NCBI GenBank assembly: GCA_012295275.1 | Contig: CM022677.1 | Location: forward strand, 18,476,001 to 18,540,000 | DNA length: 64,000 nucleotides | From: Chrysomallon squamiferum | Lineage: Eukaryota > Animalia > Mollusca | Direction of reading: 5' to 3' | Part shown: positions 31,976-45,767 of the stretch, piece after piece | Layout: every line of letters starts with the position of its first letter | How positions within the stretch are numbered: position 1 is the first letter of the stretch | The notes under the pieces: model-generated | The model's database searches: none | Told to the model about the DNA's origin: nothing | The model's input: only the letters and a program-made list of their open reading frames with translations | Translations under genes and position numbers: made by a program

Positions 31976-33042
31976 AGTCAGAGAATTAAGGAGTAGTCAA
32001 AGATACTAAAGAAATAAAATGACAGAAAGAAGAAATAGCTAAGAAATATTTGTTCCTACAAGCTTATCTTTTTATATATTACTATTGGAAAAATGAAACA
32101 AAGAACGGATAAATGAACGAAAGACAAAATTACAAACACAGAAAATAGTACAGCCAAAACAAATGACCATTTTGTTTCGTTATCACAATGAAGGTTTACA
32201 AGAACAACAATTATTTCTCAAAGTATTTAATGTACGAGCTGATTATACTTAATAGTCGAAAATAAATAAAAATAATGACTAAAAATAGAAAACAAATAAA
32301 AATAATAACTACTAATAGAGAATAAATAAAAATAATAACTAATCATAGAAAAAATAAATAAAAATAATAACTTTCTTTTGTTTTGTCTTTTTTTTGACGA
32401 ACTGCTTTTAGATCGTTGTAGTGTTGTTTTCAACTGGTTGTGTTGTTTGATATTCTGCCTGACATTCTGTCTGAGCTATTTCACATTCATATTGCGCACA
32501 CTATATTGAAGATTGTATCTTTACTCATATACTCAGACAAACACCTGCATACTTGAACAAAGCCTACTAAGTATTTGTAACTCGAAGAACCATATACCTC
32601 CAAAAATTGCGGCAGACTGAGTCATTAAGAACATAATTGAAACTATTGTTCTCTCGATACAAGACTTTTCAAGATATCGCTGTCATACGTCACCTAGCTA
32701 ACATGTGACAAATTATAATGTCATTACGTCATTCGCTGAGGGAGACTGTAAATATACGTCAGAGTTTAACCTCGTCCTTATTAGTTGTTTGTTATACCAC
32801 GACCTCTGCTGGCTCCAAGTCTTCCGCTTTACAGAGGTGAATTAACAATTATTCATACGGGGAGTTGACGTAGTCGTTTTCTAACACTGACTACCGTTTT
32901 GATCAGTAATCACTCGAGATAAAAAGATACTGCCAGCTCATTTGAAATCTGTATAAAAAATATATACAGAAAAATGAAGGGTATAGAAATATATATTTAT
33001 ATTAGACAAATGTTTTAAAATTAAAAAAAAAAAAAATAAATA

Positions 33043-33076
<34 letters not shown>

Positions 33077-34206
33077 GTAATAAGGATTAAATAAATATAT
33101 ATTTTTTATTAATTCTGAGAGCAGAAGTTATAGAAGAATGAACAATTTTACAGTTCTTTTATAGTAATAAAATTTGTTATGCAATATATATATATATATA
33201 TTTCTGTGTGTGAATATCCAGTATATATGTTATGTATCTATATATCACTGATACGTATGTAAAAAAAGACGTTTTCTTTACTCAGTATTCTTCTTATTTT
33301 TCTTTAAAAAGTTTACTGAAAAAAGTAAGATCAGTGTCATAATACTATTAAATAGTTTTTGTCTACTATAATAACCAAACAAAAACAACAATAATAACAA
33401 CAAGTAATAATAATAACAATATTAACTAATTCATTTATTTATGTATTTATTTATTTATTTATTTATTTATCTATTTTTTCTTTATCGCCCTCTGTTATTA
33501 TTTCGTATACACACTACCAAATAATAGTCTGATTATTATTGTATATTGAATTTGCGTTAGTCTTTAAAAATAGCAGATCTTTTCAAAACGTGACTCAATT
33601 TTAAATTTGATACCTCACTGCAGATCTGCAGATACGTCTGTTAAGTCCAGGTGTTAGAGATCATGTTTCTTCTTTTCTTTATTCTGCACGTTGAAGCTAG
33701 TTTGAGAAAGGGAAGTGATCAACAATAATCACAGAGGAGGGTGACAGGGCCGGTACTGAGATTTGTAAACAATTAATGGTGATTTAATTTTTTGTTTTGG
33801 AGTTTTATAAATATAGAAGGATAATTAGACAGATAGACGCTTCGATAGAAACCTAACTGTAACACTGAAAACATTATAGTGGTAAAATGTCGTGATAATA
33901 TATCAGATCAGTGATTAAAATAACAAATACAAATTTTAAACTTTTTTAATGATGCGCGGAATGACGTCACATAATGATAAAGTTTTCAAATGAAACAGAA
34001 GACCTACAAAATTAAAATATCTTAATTAATTAATTACATAATGAACTACTACTACTACTACTACTACTACTACTGTTACTACTACTGTTACTACTAAAAC
34101 AGCTAGTACTACTATCATCAGTATTTAATTTACTTATTAATCAGTGGTCATTTATTTCTATAATATTGGAAAACGTATTTGTTGATTTAATTATTGATTT
34201 CTTTGT

Positions 34207-34266
<60 letters not shown>

Positions 34267-35353
34267 AGACAAAGAGAGACAAAAGTACAGAGGCGGACAG
34301 ATAGACTGAGAGAAACAGAAAAAGAAAGACACAGAGAGAGACAGAAAAAGAAAGACACAGAGAGAGACAGAAAAAGAAAGACACTGAGAGAGAGAGAGAG
34401 AGAGAAAGAAACATTCAAAGAATTAAGGAGTAGTCAAAGATACTAAAGAAATAAAATGGCAGAAACAAGAAATAGCTAAGAAATATTTATGTTTTTATTT
34501 GTTAGTACGGGAAAAACGAAATTAAGTGAATGAAACAAAGAACGAATAAATGAACGAAAGACAACATCACAAACACAGAAAGTAGTACAGCCAAAACAAA
34601 TGACCATTTTGTTTCGTTATCACATTCAAGGTTTTAGAAGAACAACAATTATTTCTCAAAGTATTTAATGTACGAGCTAATTAGACTTAGTAGTCAAAAA
34701 TAAATAAAAATAATAATTAATAATAGAAAACAAATAAAATAATAGCTAATTATAGAAAATAATAAAAATTATAGATAATAATCGAAAATTAATAAAAATA
34801 CTAACTAATAATAGAAAAGAAATAAAAATATTAACTAATCATAGTAAAAAAAAAGTAGAAGCAATAACTTTCTTTTGTTTTGTCTTTTTTTTTTTTTTGT
34901 CGAATTGCTTTTAGATCGTTGTAGTGTTGTCTTCAACTGGTTGTGTTGTTTGATATTCTGGCTGACAGCAACAGAGCTATTTCTCATTCCTATTGCGCAC
35001 GCTATATTGAAGATTGTATCTTGACTTATATACTCATACAAACACATACATACTTGTACAAAGCCTACTAAGTATTTGTAACTCGAAGATCCAATTACCT
35101 CAACTTGTTGCGGCAGACTGAGTAATAAAGATCATAATTCAAACAATTGTTCTCTCAATACAAGATTTTTGTAGATATCGCTGTCAAACGTCACCTAGCT
35201 AACCTGTGATACATTGTTTCAATCGTTGAAAATGGCAATGTCGTTACTCATTCGCTGAGGGAGACTATAACTATACGTCAGAGTTTAATCTCGTCTTTAT
35301 TAGTTGTTTGTTCATCTGCGCAATCTCACGAACTTTATTCGTCGCCTTCTTAA

Positions 35354-35450
<97 letters not shown>

Positions 35451-36360
35451 GGGGGTCATTAAATATGTTTATCCCTGAATGTAACATAGGACAACACATA
35501 CACAGAAACAGACATACACACATACATACATATACATATACACATTATCTTTCTACACCTAACTCAGTTTATTCTTGTTTCCATGGTTTCGTTGTTGGAG
35601 ACAACATACATTGATATTAATATATAGCCAGGGTAGATAAGAAGATGACCTTAACCATGACCTTGTAATGAAAATACATAAGATTATCTAGTATTGATTT
35701 ATTTTGTTTATAGTTGTTTGTTGTTGTTTTTTTAGGGTTTTTTCAGTTGTTGTTATTCTTTTGTTGTCGTGGTTGCTGAAAGGCGTACTTTAATGTTCAG
35801 TGGGAAAATGTTTGATTCAGTAAGTATAATAAGTAAGACCTGTTATTATTATATTTCAGAAATCAGTTGGGTTTTACCCACCCAGCTGAAAATAGATTAC
35901 TGGGATTTCCTGTGGTTCAAATGGTATGTTGCCAAAACTGGCAGTCTCCAGACTAGGTAAGCGGTGAGGTGTTCTAATCCGTCACGTGTACCCCACGTGT
36001 ACCCCACGTGTACCCGGGAACACGGCTTCCTACTTGTCAGCTTGAGGTGGAGTACTTTCTGGGACATTTTGTTTGTAAAGTGTGACTGAATGTGTTTTCT
36101 TATTGAGGACAAAATACTGTTTAACAAAAGAACATCAGTTAAGGTGACGGAATACCAGTCAGTAAGGGTGAGCAATAAAATGCCAGAAATGGAACAACTG
36201 GCGTGTCCAGTTAAGATGTGTTATAATCTCACTGCCAGATTCGGGAATAAACCGTTCAAATGTGACTGTCAAAGGTTTGATATTTTATCAGTGTATATGA
36301 TAACCTCATTTTATTAAACACCTTTAAATAAAACTAATCTAATTTAATAATAAATCAGTA

Positions 36361-36453
<93 letters not shown>

Positions 36454-36492
36454 AACTCATATTCATTCTATCATCTCTATCTCTTTATATTC

Positions 36493-36579
<87 letters not shown>

Positions 36580-36622
36580 CATCTCTCTCTCTTCTATTCA
36601 TTCTATCATCTCTCTCTCTCTC

Positions 36623-36705
<83 letters not shown>

Positions 36706-37484
36706 TTCTCTGTCGAAAACTATGTAACAAAGGGGAAAAACCCAAAAAATACCAATCCAAGATAAGTCAGTCTAAATTTCACACTTGACTGAATTCTTTT
36801 TTGATCACGCAATACTCGATGTTTTTTTATTTTTTTTCGTTGCGTGTCCTGCTGGTTCGTTTCAGAGAATGTTATATATACACACACATACATACATACA
36901 TATACACATAAACAGTTATATACACACATACATACATATACATATACACATTATCTTTCTACACCTAACTCAATTTATTCTTGTTTCCATGGTTTCGTTG
37001 TTGGAGACAACAGACATTGATAAAAATATATAGCAAGGGTAGATAAGAAGATGACCTTAATCATGACCTTGTAAATAAAATACGTAAGATTATCTAGTAT
37101 TGATTTATTTTGTTTATAGTTGTTTGTTGTTTTTTATTAGGTTTTTTCTGTTGTTGTTATTCTTTTGTTGTCATCGTTGTTGTATTTCAAATACATAATA
37201 TTTGTTTTCCTTGTGTGTCCAAGAAACGCAAGCTTTAATGTTCAGTGGGAAAATGTTTGATTCAGAGAGCTGGATCAAGAATAAATAGTGCAGATGTTTT
37301 TGTAACAACGTTTAATACGTGTTTGTTTTTCTTTCTTTTTTTAATTATTATATTTTTATTTTACTTTCTAAATGTCCGTTTGTGTTTATTTCATAAATCT
37401 GTATCCCATTTATAATTCCTGTTCTTAAAAATTATTATTTAGTTTTTAAAATGTTATTAATTATTATTATTATCATGATCATGA

Positions 37485-37540
<56 letters not shown>

Positions 37541-38568
37541 TTACATTTATTTATTCATTCATTTATTTTCGTACTAAAGAGCTATGTATTAAATTTATCA
37601 ATCATCAGTAATATGTACTATTCTTTTATTATTATTATTATTATTTTTTTTTTTTTACCATTTATATATGTATAGATGAATAGATAGATAGAGAGAGAGA
37701 TAGATCATTTGCTTATATATTTTCTTTATTTCTTAAATTAAATTAAATTTAATTAATTAATTAATTAATTTATTTTATTTATTTATTTCCTTTTTCTTTT
37801 TTGTTTGCTTATTTATTTATGTTGGCGTATTAATATTCCTATTTGCTTGTTTACCTGTGGCACTAAGACTTGACCCATTTTTTTGTTCCAGTTCATTGAA
37901 ACTGCGAACTGTGAATGTTCCTTTGATATTTTGTGACGACTCTAATGACAGAGTAAAATGGCGGATCTTTTTCGATTTAGTAGGACCTCGGGACACATCA
38001 ACATGGGAATTATATGAAAAATAAATAAATAAATAAATAAATACTAATCTACATTTCTTCGAAAACAATAATAATTAAGACCTGTTATTATTATTATTTT
38101 TTCGCTTCAGTTGGGTTTTACCCACCCAGGTAAAAATAGATGACTGCCAAAACTGGCAGTCTCTAGATTAGGTAAGCGGTGAGGTGTTCTAATCCGTCAC
38201 GTGTACCCCACGTGTACCCCACGTGTACCTCACACGGCTTCCTACAGCTTGCGGACACGGCTTTCCTGGAACATTTTGTCAGTATTTGAATATAGTGAAA
38301 ATCACGTTCTGCTTTCTGGAACAGGACGTTGACGTAACAATCAGTTCATAACAGCACTAATGTGACATGTCTCCTTGCAATTACACACAGTGTTGACACC
38401 AGATACCCCGCTATATTCACACACTGTTTTAATATCCACAGTTTCCTTTGTTCAGTCTGATCTCAGATTAACATCTATTCTCCAAAATAATGGTTATCTA
38501 CTTCAATATATACATACATACATACATACATTCCTACATAGATATATACACACATACATAGATTCATG

Positions 38569-38617
<49 letters not shown>

Positions 38618-39400
38618 CTACGTAACCCACTAGTTACTCACTACATGAAATCACGTGTCTAAGGAATAAACAAACAAGACGATGTTTCAAATTAAAGAAG
38701 TTTAATATTAGTTAATTCCTGAGAGAGCAATGTTAACATTTACAATCTGGCAAACTGACGAGATTCATAAAACAAATCACAGTTGTAAAAACTAAACAAA
38801 TCAAACCAATACAAAACAATTCATGGTCAGATAAAACAAAAATAACTGGAAAGAAATATATTCAACAAAGGTATAATCAAAAACAGAATAGATCTATTAA
38901 TATACAGTTCATTACAATTACAGCTGAGGAGTCGATTACATCAACTGCTTGAGTTTTTCCCAAACTCTTGACCTCCTGCAGTTCACTTCTTTGACAATGC
39001 TGTTCTAAAACACTTTGTACATGAATTCCTGTACTTGATAACGTCACATAATTAAACAGAAGATTCGTTGTCATCGTCACAATGATCATTATCAGCAAAA
39101 GGAACAGCAACATTATTATTATTATTATTATTATTAGTAGTAGTAGTAGTAGTAGTAGTTAGTAGTAGAAAAATATACAAGAGATAAAGTAGTAGTAGTA
39201 GTAGTAGTAGTAGTATGATATGATAAAATATACAAGAGATATAGCAGTAGTAGTAAAAGTAATAACATTAAATTAATAAAACTGATTCTCATCAAAGTTC
39301 TGTAAGTAAAAGTTATGTCTGTGCTTTGTAAGTTTGTGTTTCGTGTTTAATCGTTTTCTTTCAGTAAATCACGACATCTCCATTTCTTCGTTACAGAAAA

Positions 39401-39979
39401 TTACTCAAAACAATAAATTCCGAAGTTGTGTTCATTGTTGTCCTTTTCAAGATGTTTAGTGTTCTGCACGCGCAGTTCAATACTGTCGTCTGGTTTCAGT
39501 TCAAACAAGGCGCCTTGGTAAACAGGGAGTAAACACTGCTTTCTCTGATGACGTCACCACACACTGAGACTGGAAAAACTCGAGTAATTTCTCTTCGTGT
39601 TTCCCGCCATTTCTAAGCCAGATGGAATGAGCAGAAGTGGCGTCGTCTTGTGTTTGGTCGTTCACGAAAACAAGATGAGCGTAAATAAAACACGTGCCAG
39701 GCGTTTTTACTTGAATGCGGCCATCTTTGTACATCATCTTCTTCCCAATGAACGCAGAGTCTTGTTTCCAATGGAGTATATTTTGTCCTTCTGCATAATA
39801 ATAATAATAATTACACTACTACTACTAATAATAATAATAATTGTTTAGCAAACTCTGTTTCTCTAATGATAATATATCCAAATATCAATAATTGTTTAGC
39901 AAACTCTGTTTCTCTCTCTCTCTCATACACAACTTCACACCCACTTTAAAGCTAGAAACTCTAATAAACAGACTGATAA

Positions 39980-40015
<36 letters not shown>

Positions 40016-40848
40016 TTATAATAAATAGCTAATATGGTAACAAGATGAACACATCTGTTATTTAAAAATGTTATTTAATACTTTAATAATTCATTACAGT
40101 TTAACCTTTGATGAACTTTGACCTCACCTGACCTCAACCAGTCAATTTCGCGTAGATATGCTGAGCGGTCACTCTCCCCATTAAAACGTGATTCAGAATC
40201 TAAAAAAAAAAAAAAGAAGACTTTTATATATATATCTTTCGACGTTAATGTTTTCAATTATGCGTACTACATTTAGCACACGCACACTCTATATTGAGCA
40301 TCTCTCGGTCGATTCCGGTCAGTCGGAACACCTCATCACATTCCGCTACGCTCATATTTCACAGAAATGTACGAAATGTTCCGAATGTATAACGAGGTAC
40401 GGAATCAACCGACTTGTAACGAATCCCGCCTCTAAAACAATTTCAATATTAGTCAGCGGTTAGCACGAAGTCGGGATTGTTTAGTTGTTCACTGCCCACT
40501 GCGCTCAACATGTCTATTTATAGAACCGGGGATTTCCGATGTGATGAATAAAAATAGAATATACTAATGTTTATACGATCACTGATAGCAAATCAATTCA
40601 CAGTTCATATATTATTAACACGACCAGTCGGGCTAGTTAGAAACAGTTGTGATTAGACCGAACCAGTCGTTTACTAGACAATGTCGTTCAGACGTGCCTT
40701 ACTGTCGAAGCCTGAATACATAGTTTAACACATACCTGTGTGTTTTCTGGGGTTTTTTCTTTGTTGTTGTTTGTATGTATGTGTGTATGTCAATGTTGTG
40801 TGTATATGTTGTGTGTGTGTGCGTGTGTCTAAAGTGTTTGTGTGTGTG

Positions 40849-40895
<47 letters not shown>

Positions 40896-41115
40896 CACAA
40901 ATGTCAGTTTTCAGTTGTAACTATATTTAGAATATTATTGTATATTAAGAATGATTTACTACTCACTTTTGGCTCTCTTTTCTGGTACTGTGTTTCTGCA
41001 AACTGCGAATAAATAGAAATGTAGAAAAGAATCAACATATTTTGGTTGATATGTAAGAACATACATACATACATACATACATACATCATCAACAACAACA
41101 ACAACAACAAGCAAC

Positions 41116-41189
<74 letters not shown>

Positions 41190-41673
41190 CCTTTGTTACG
41201 ATGTCGATCAGGTTTCGCTCACGACCAGCACAGCAGATATTTCCATTTTCTCGAACGTCGAAGTCGTAGATGTTGTCAGTTTTGTCATCGTCGGTGAGAT
41301 AAACATCTTTGCACGGAAAGCAGACGTCGTCGTCCCATTGCACAACGGTTTGACGTTGTGACTGCACCCGTGGTGTAGTGAAAGTTAGAAATATAACGAT
41401 CACCAGAAAGATGTCGATGAAAAGAAAAAGGACAATGACCTGTGTCCAGAATTTGTTTTTCTCTTTTTCTGTGTCTTTTTCTTTGTCACATTTTTCACGC
41501 ACTTTTTCTCTTGGCGTAAATTTTGTGTCAGGATTGTCAAAACTTTCTAAATTTTCTTCTCGTTTTGGTTTGATGAAAGGCTCGTTACTGTCCCAGTTAG
41601 TCCTACCTCGAATACTGCTTTTTCTGGGTTTTCTTTCTGTGTTTCGTTTGAAACCAAGGCCGTAACGATTCAT
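39401..41673 (-). pseudogene. TNF-superfamily ligand, copy 3, frameshifted (pseudogene or assembly indels)
   Basis: Exons (minus): 41673-41191, 41002-40967 (36 nt vs 37 nt in the paralogues), 40199-40128, 39790-39401 (390 nt vs 389 nt; extra base near 39521-39524). The exon-2 deletion puts a TGA in frame within exon 3. The exon-4 insertion gives ...FTPCLPRRLV* instead of FTPxYQGALFEL. Confidence 0.8.
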
Positions 41674-43384
41674 TTTCTTTTTCTTTTTTATTTTTAATCA
41701 CAGAAAACTTGTATGTCGCTTAGATACAAACAGCAAACAGTGAAATATTTACACACGATATCGTCTATTCAACAAGTGATTTTTAATTCTGTTATTGTAT
41801 ATATATATATATATGTGTGTGTGTGTAATAATTCTTCTTTGTACTATTATCCTATAGTTTATGAGAATAAACACAAAGTCACTGTGAAAGTCAATATATA
41901 CACCCGGTGATTCGGGTCAGATTTCGCACTTTGCCAATTCTTTTTAGTAACAGTAGACTTAGTCCTTTCTGTAGTTATATGTTACAGACAACTTGTAAAA
42001 TTAGACTTTTGGCCTAACGCCGTAGAGTACCTGACACGAGACCTAGTGAGAAAATGCAGACAGTCAAAAGGGTTTAGTGCTTTGTTTACATCTGTTCATT
42101 GTAGGGATTAGAGGTTCAGTTTAGTTTTTTATTATTGTAAGCTTTACAGCCTATTGATATACAATTTCAATAAAAATGCAAGAAATATAAATAGTGACAA
42201 TATGATAAAAAGAAAAAAAAATATTTGGAGAATATAAATAATATAGCATGTAAATTATATCTTTACGACATTGAAATGCTTCAAACAAATATTTTCCCAA
42301 ACTGTGATTTCTTATTTTCAATCTCAACAGTGTTACATAATCTACATATTCTTTCTGCTCTCTCAGTATTCATGTATCTCTCAGTCTCATTTGCCAGCTG
42401 ATGTGCATATACCTCACTTGTTTTAAGTATCTTTTATAAATCATTGGTACAGATTTAACTAAAGGAAACTGAATTGTTACGCCATCTGTGATGTATTTAT
42501 ATAACTTGTCACATTTCACAGATGTATTTAACTGAATTGAAAGATTCTGACTTGCTAAGTCATGTGTCAATTTCTTAATTATGCATAAATATTTTTCAAT
42601 ATTTTCGTTAATCTGTGTATCCCAGTCCCAATTCATATAAAGTTTTCGTAATAAAAGTAACCTAGTTCTTTGTTTATCATATAAAATACGGTGTCAGGGC
42701 CTTCCCCCCATCGGATATTTCCCTCTGGGTATTTCCCACTGGTGATTTCCCTTCTACGTCATCTCCCCTCCCCGGTGACAATTCTCGGCCCTTCTACCTA
42801 TCAAATATCCGAACTATATTATACTATATCAACTATATTATATTATGAGTATCGTTGTCTTTAATCTTCTAATTTACTGTAATTTTATATGTGATATCTT
42901 TGATATCAAATTAACTGAATAAAAAAGACCAACATCAACACTGTTGACTGCTCAGCTTAAGTAAAAAAACAAACAATGATTACTTCTACTCGAGACAAAA
43001 ACATTTTGATTCATGATGATTACGTCTCTCTGTGTCACGGAATTCAGATTAAGTAACACATTTTTTTTCTCCCACACCCGCCTATTCAGTTTCAACGTAA
43101 AATAATCTCTCCATCGACTGTATACTTGATATATTTGACAAAATAAAACAGCCAATTTTATTGTACGGTTGGGAAATATGGGGTTTTACAAACATACAAC
43201 TAATATAAACACTGCACATGAAATTTGGTTACGAGATGCTACAATGAAAACACCGCGAGTGCCACGTTTTCAGACACTGAACTGCAGGTCTGTCTCTCTC
43301 ACGTCGCTCAGTCGTGTGCAAGCTTCTGAGTTACAAGAGCAGTAGACAACAGTTCCAGTCTTTTCTCTGTCAGCGCGCACGCTA

Positions 43385-43580
43385 CCAGCTTTAACACGTG
43401 TGCCACCAGCTCTAACACGTGTCCCACCAGCTTTAACACGTGTGTCACCAGCTTTAACACGTGTCCCACCAGCTTTAACACGTGTGTCACCAGCTTTAAC
43501 ACGTGTGTCACCAGCATTAACACGTGTGTCACCAGCATTAACACGTGTGTCACCAGCTTTAACACGTGTGTCACCAGCTT
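43385..43580. repeat. 21-bp minisatellite, 9 units (CCAGCTTTAACACGTGTGTCA)
   Basis: CACGTG recurs every 21 bp from 43395 to 43563. Confidence 0.92.
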
Positions 43581-43828
43581 ATGTTACTGAGTTGTTTGAG
43601 CAAGAAGAACTAACTGAGGAACTTCAGCCTGTAACAGACTAGTTTGAAGACAAATTCATCGGACGGACTGGTCGTAGGCATCAAGTTTGTTCAGTTCAGG
43701 AAGAACTCAAACTACAGTGTCGTGATGGAGCCGTGTGTTGGACTGAATTCATTTTTAACTTTTATATATATCAATAAAATGTTTAATATACTCAATGATA
43801 ATTATCATTTAAAGTGTATTAATAACAG

Positions 43829-43871
<43 letters not shown>

Positions 43872-44738
43872 CTTATATTATTTTATGTACATTAATATCC
43901 TAACTCAGATCAAAAAGAAAGGTTTCACGAAAATTAAAACCTCCATACATATAAACAGAACAATATCACGTCATAGTATTGTTGACGTCATCGTTACGGA
44001 AACGAACGAGCACAGTAAAGGAAAGGCAAGATCCCTTGTTGACCTCATCATTTAGTTTAAGTCTAGTAAACCCGAAATTATTCCTTACCGATCAAGATGG
44101 TAAATGTAATATTCTTAAATTTACATACTCGCTTCAGAAACGAAGTGAAATGAAACAGCATATTCACTCAAGCTTTCACAAATGATACACTTCAGTACAT
44201 TAATAAATATATACTTATTTTTAAATTTATAGTAAATCGAAGTTTATGTTAAGTAACGTAAAACATTTAGGAATAAAACTACACGAGAGTAAACAAATAA
44301 TAAGCAGTATGGTTACTACTGTAAACTGAATTTACGTTAGGCTTTAGAAATACACGATGTTTTGAAAAACGTAACTAGATGTGAAACTGGATATCTCCCT
44401 GGAAATCTTACACTCGAGTTTTAAGTCCAGGTGTTAGAGATCATGTTTCTTCTTGTCTTTATTGTGCATGTTGAAGTTAGTTTGAGAAAGGGAAGTGATC
44501 AACAGTAATCACAGAGGAGGGTGACAGGCCGGTACTGAGATTTTTAGACAATTAATCGTGATTTAATTTTTTGTTTGAGATAATTAGACAGACAGACACC
44601 TCGATAGAAATCTAACTGTAACACTGAAAATGTGATAATGGTAAAATGTCGTGATAATATATCACATCAGTTATTAAAATAACTTTACAAATTCTAAACT
44701 TTTAAACTTTTTTAATGATTGCACGGAATGACGTCACA

Positions 44739-44938
44739 NNNNNNNNNNNNNNNNNNNNNNNNNNNNNNNNNNNNNNNNNNNNNNNNNNNNNNNNNNNNNN
44801 NNNNNNNNNNNNNNNNNNNNNNNNNNNNNNNNNNNNNNNNNNNNNNNNNNNNNNNNNNNNNNNNNNNNNNNNNNNNNNNNNNNNNNNNNNNNNNNNNNNN
44901 NNNNNNNNNNNNNNNNNNNNNNNNNNNNNNNNNNNNNN
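44739..44938. other. Assembly gap (200 N)
   Basis: Run of N. Confidence 1.
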
Positions 44939-45064
44939 CTTCGTTCAGTTACGTATTGCTCTTTACATTGAGGTTTGAATGAGAACAAAAGAAACGTCGA
45001 CTGAAATACAGACACACAGACAAGTGGAGAAATGGGTAGATTGAAAAATAGAGACAGCGAGAGT

Positions 45065-45121
<57 letters not shown>

Positions 45122-45255
45122 TGGTAGGTAGATAGAGAGAAAAGTGATAAATAGACAGTCAGGCAGATGGATAAGGTTCGAGATGGAAAATTGATTGATA
45201 AATAGATAGTTTTATTATACACAGGACTATAGATAGATAAAGACAGACAGACTGT

Positions 45256-45309
<54 letters not shown>

Positions 45310-45318
45310 CTGAGAGAG

Positions 45319-45375
<57 letters not shown>

Positions 45376-45736
45376 AAGGTTCAGATTGTAAGATCAACAT
45401 AGATAATGAGAGGCACAGAGATGTATATATGTGTGTGTGTACGTTTACGTCTGTGCGTTTGCATATATGTATAAGTGTGTGTACATTTACGTCTGTGTTG
45501 TATCTATGTAGTTTAGGATTTTGAATATTCTCTGTCTTATGTACATCTGATTAGACTCTGCACACAGACAATATTAGGGAACACACTGGCGCAGGAGGAC
45601 AAAGTTCAATCACGACCTCACAAACCCGTCAGATGCCGCTGACGAGACTCGAACGATGTGTCACCCGTTCGCCACCGAATTCAAGGTGTACGTACGTACG
45701 TACGTAGGTATGTATGTATGTATGTATGTATGTATG

Positions 45737-45767
<31 letters not shown>

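Noticed and set aside
43385-43580. CRISPR-like regular repeats
   Set aside because: Head-to-tail tandem units without unique spacers, in eukaryotic DNA with no cas genes.
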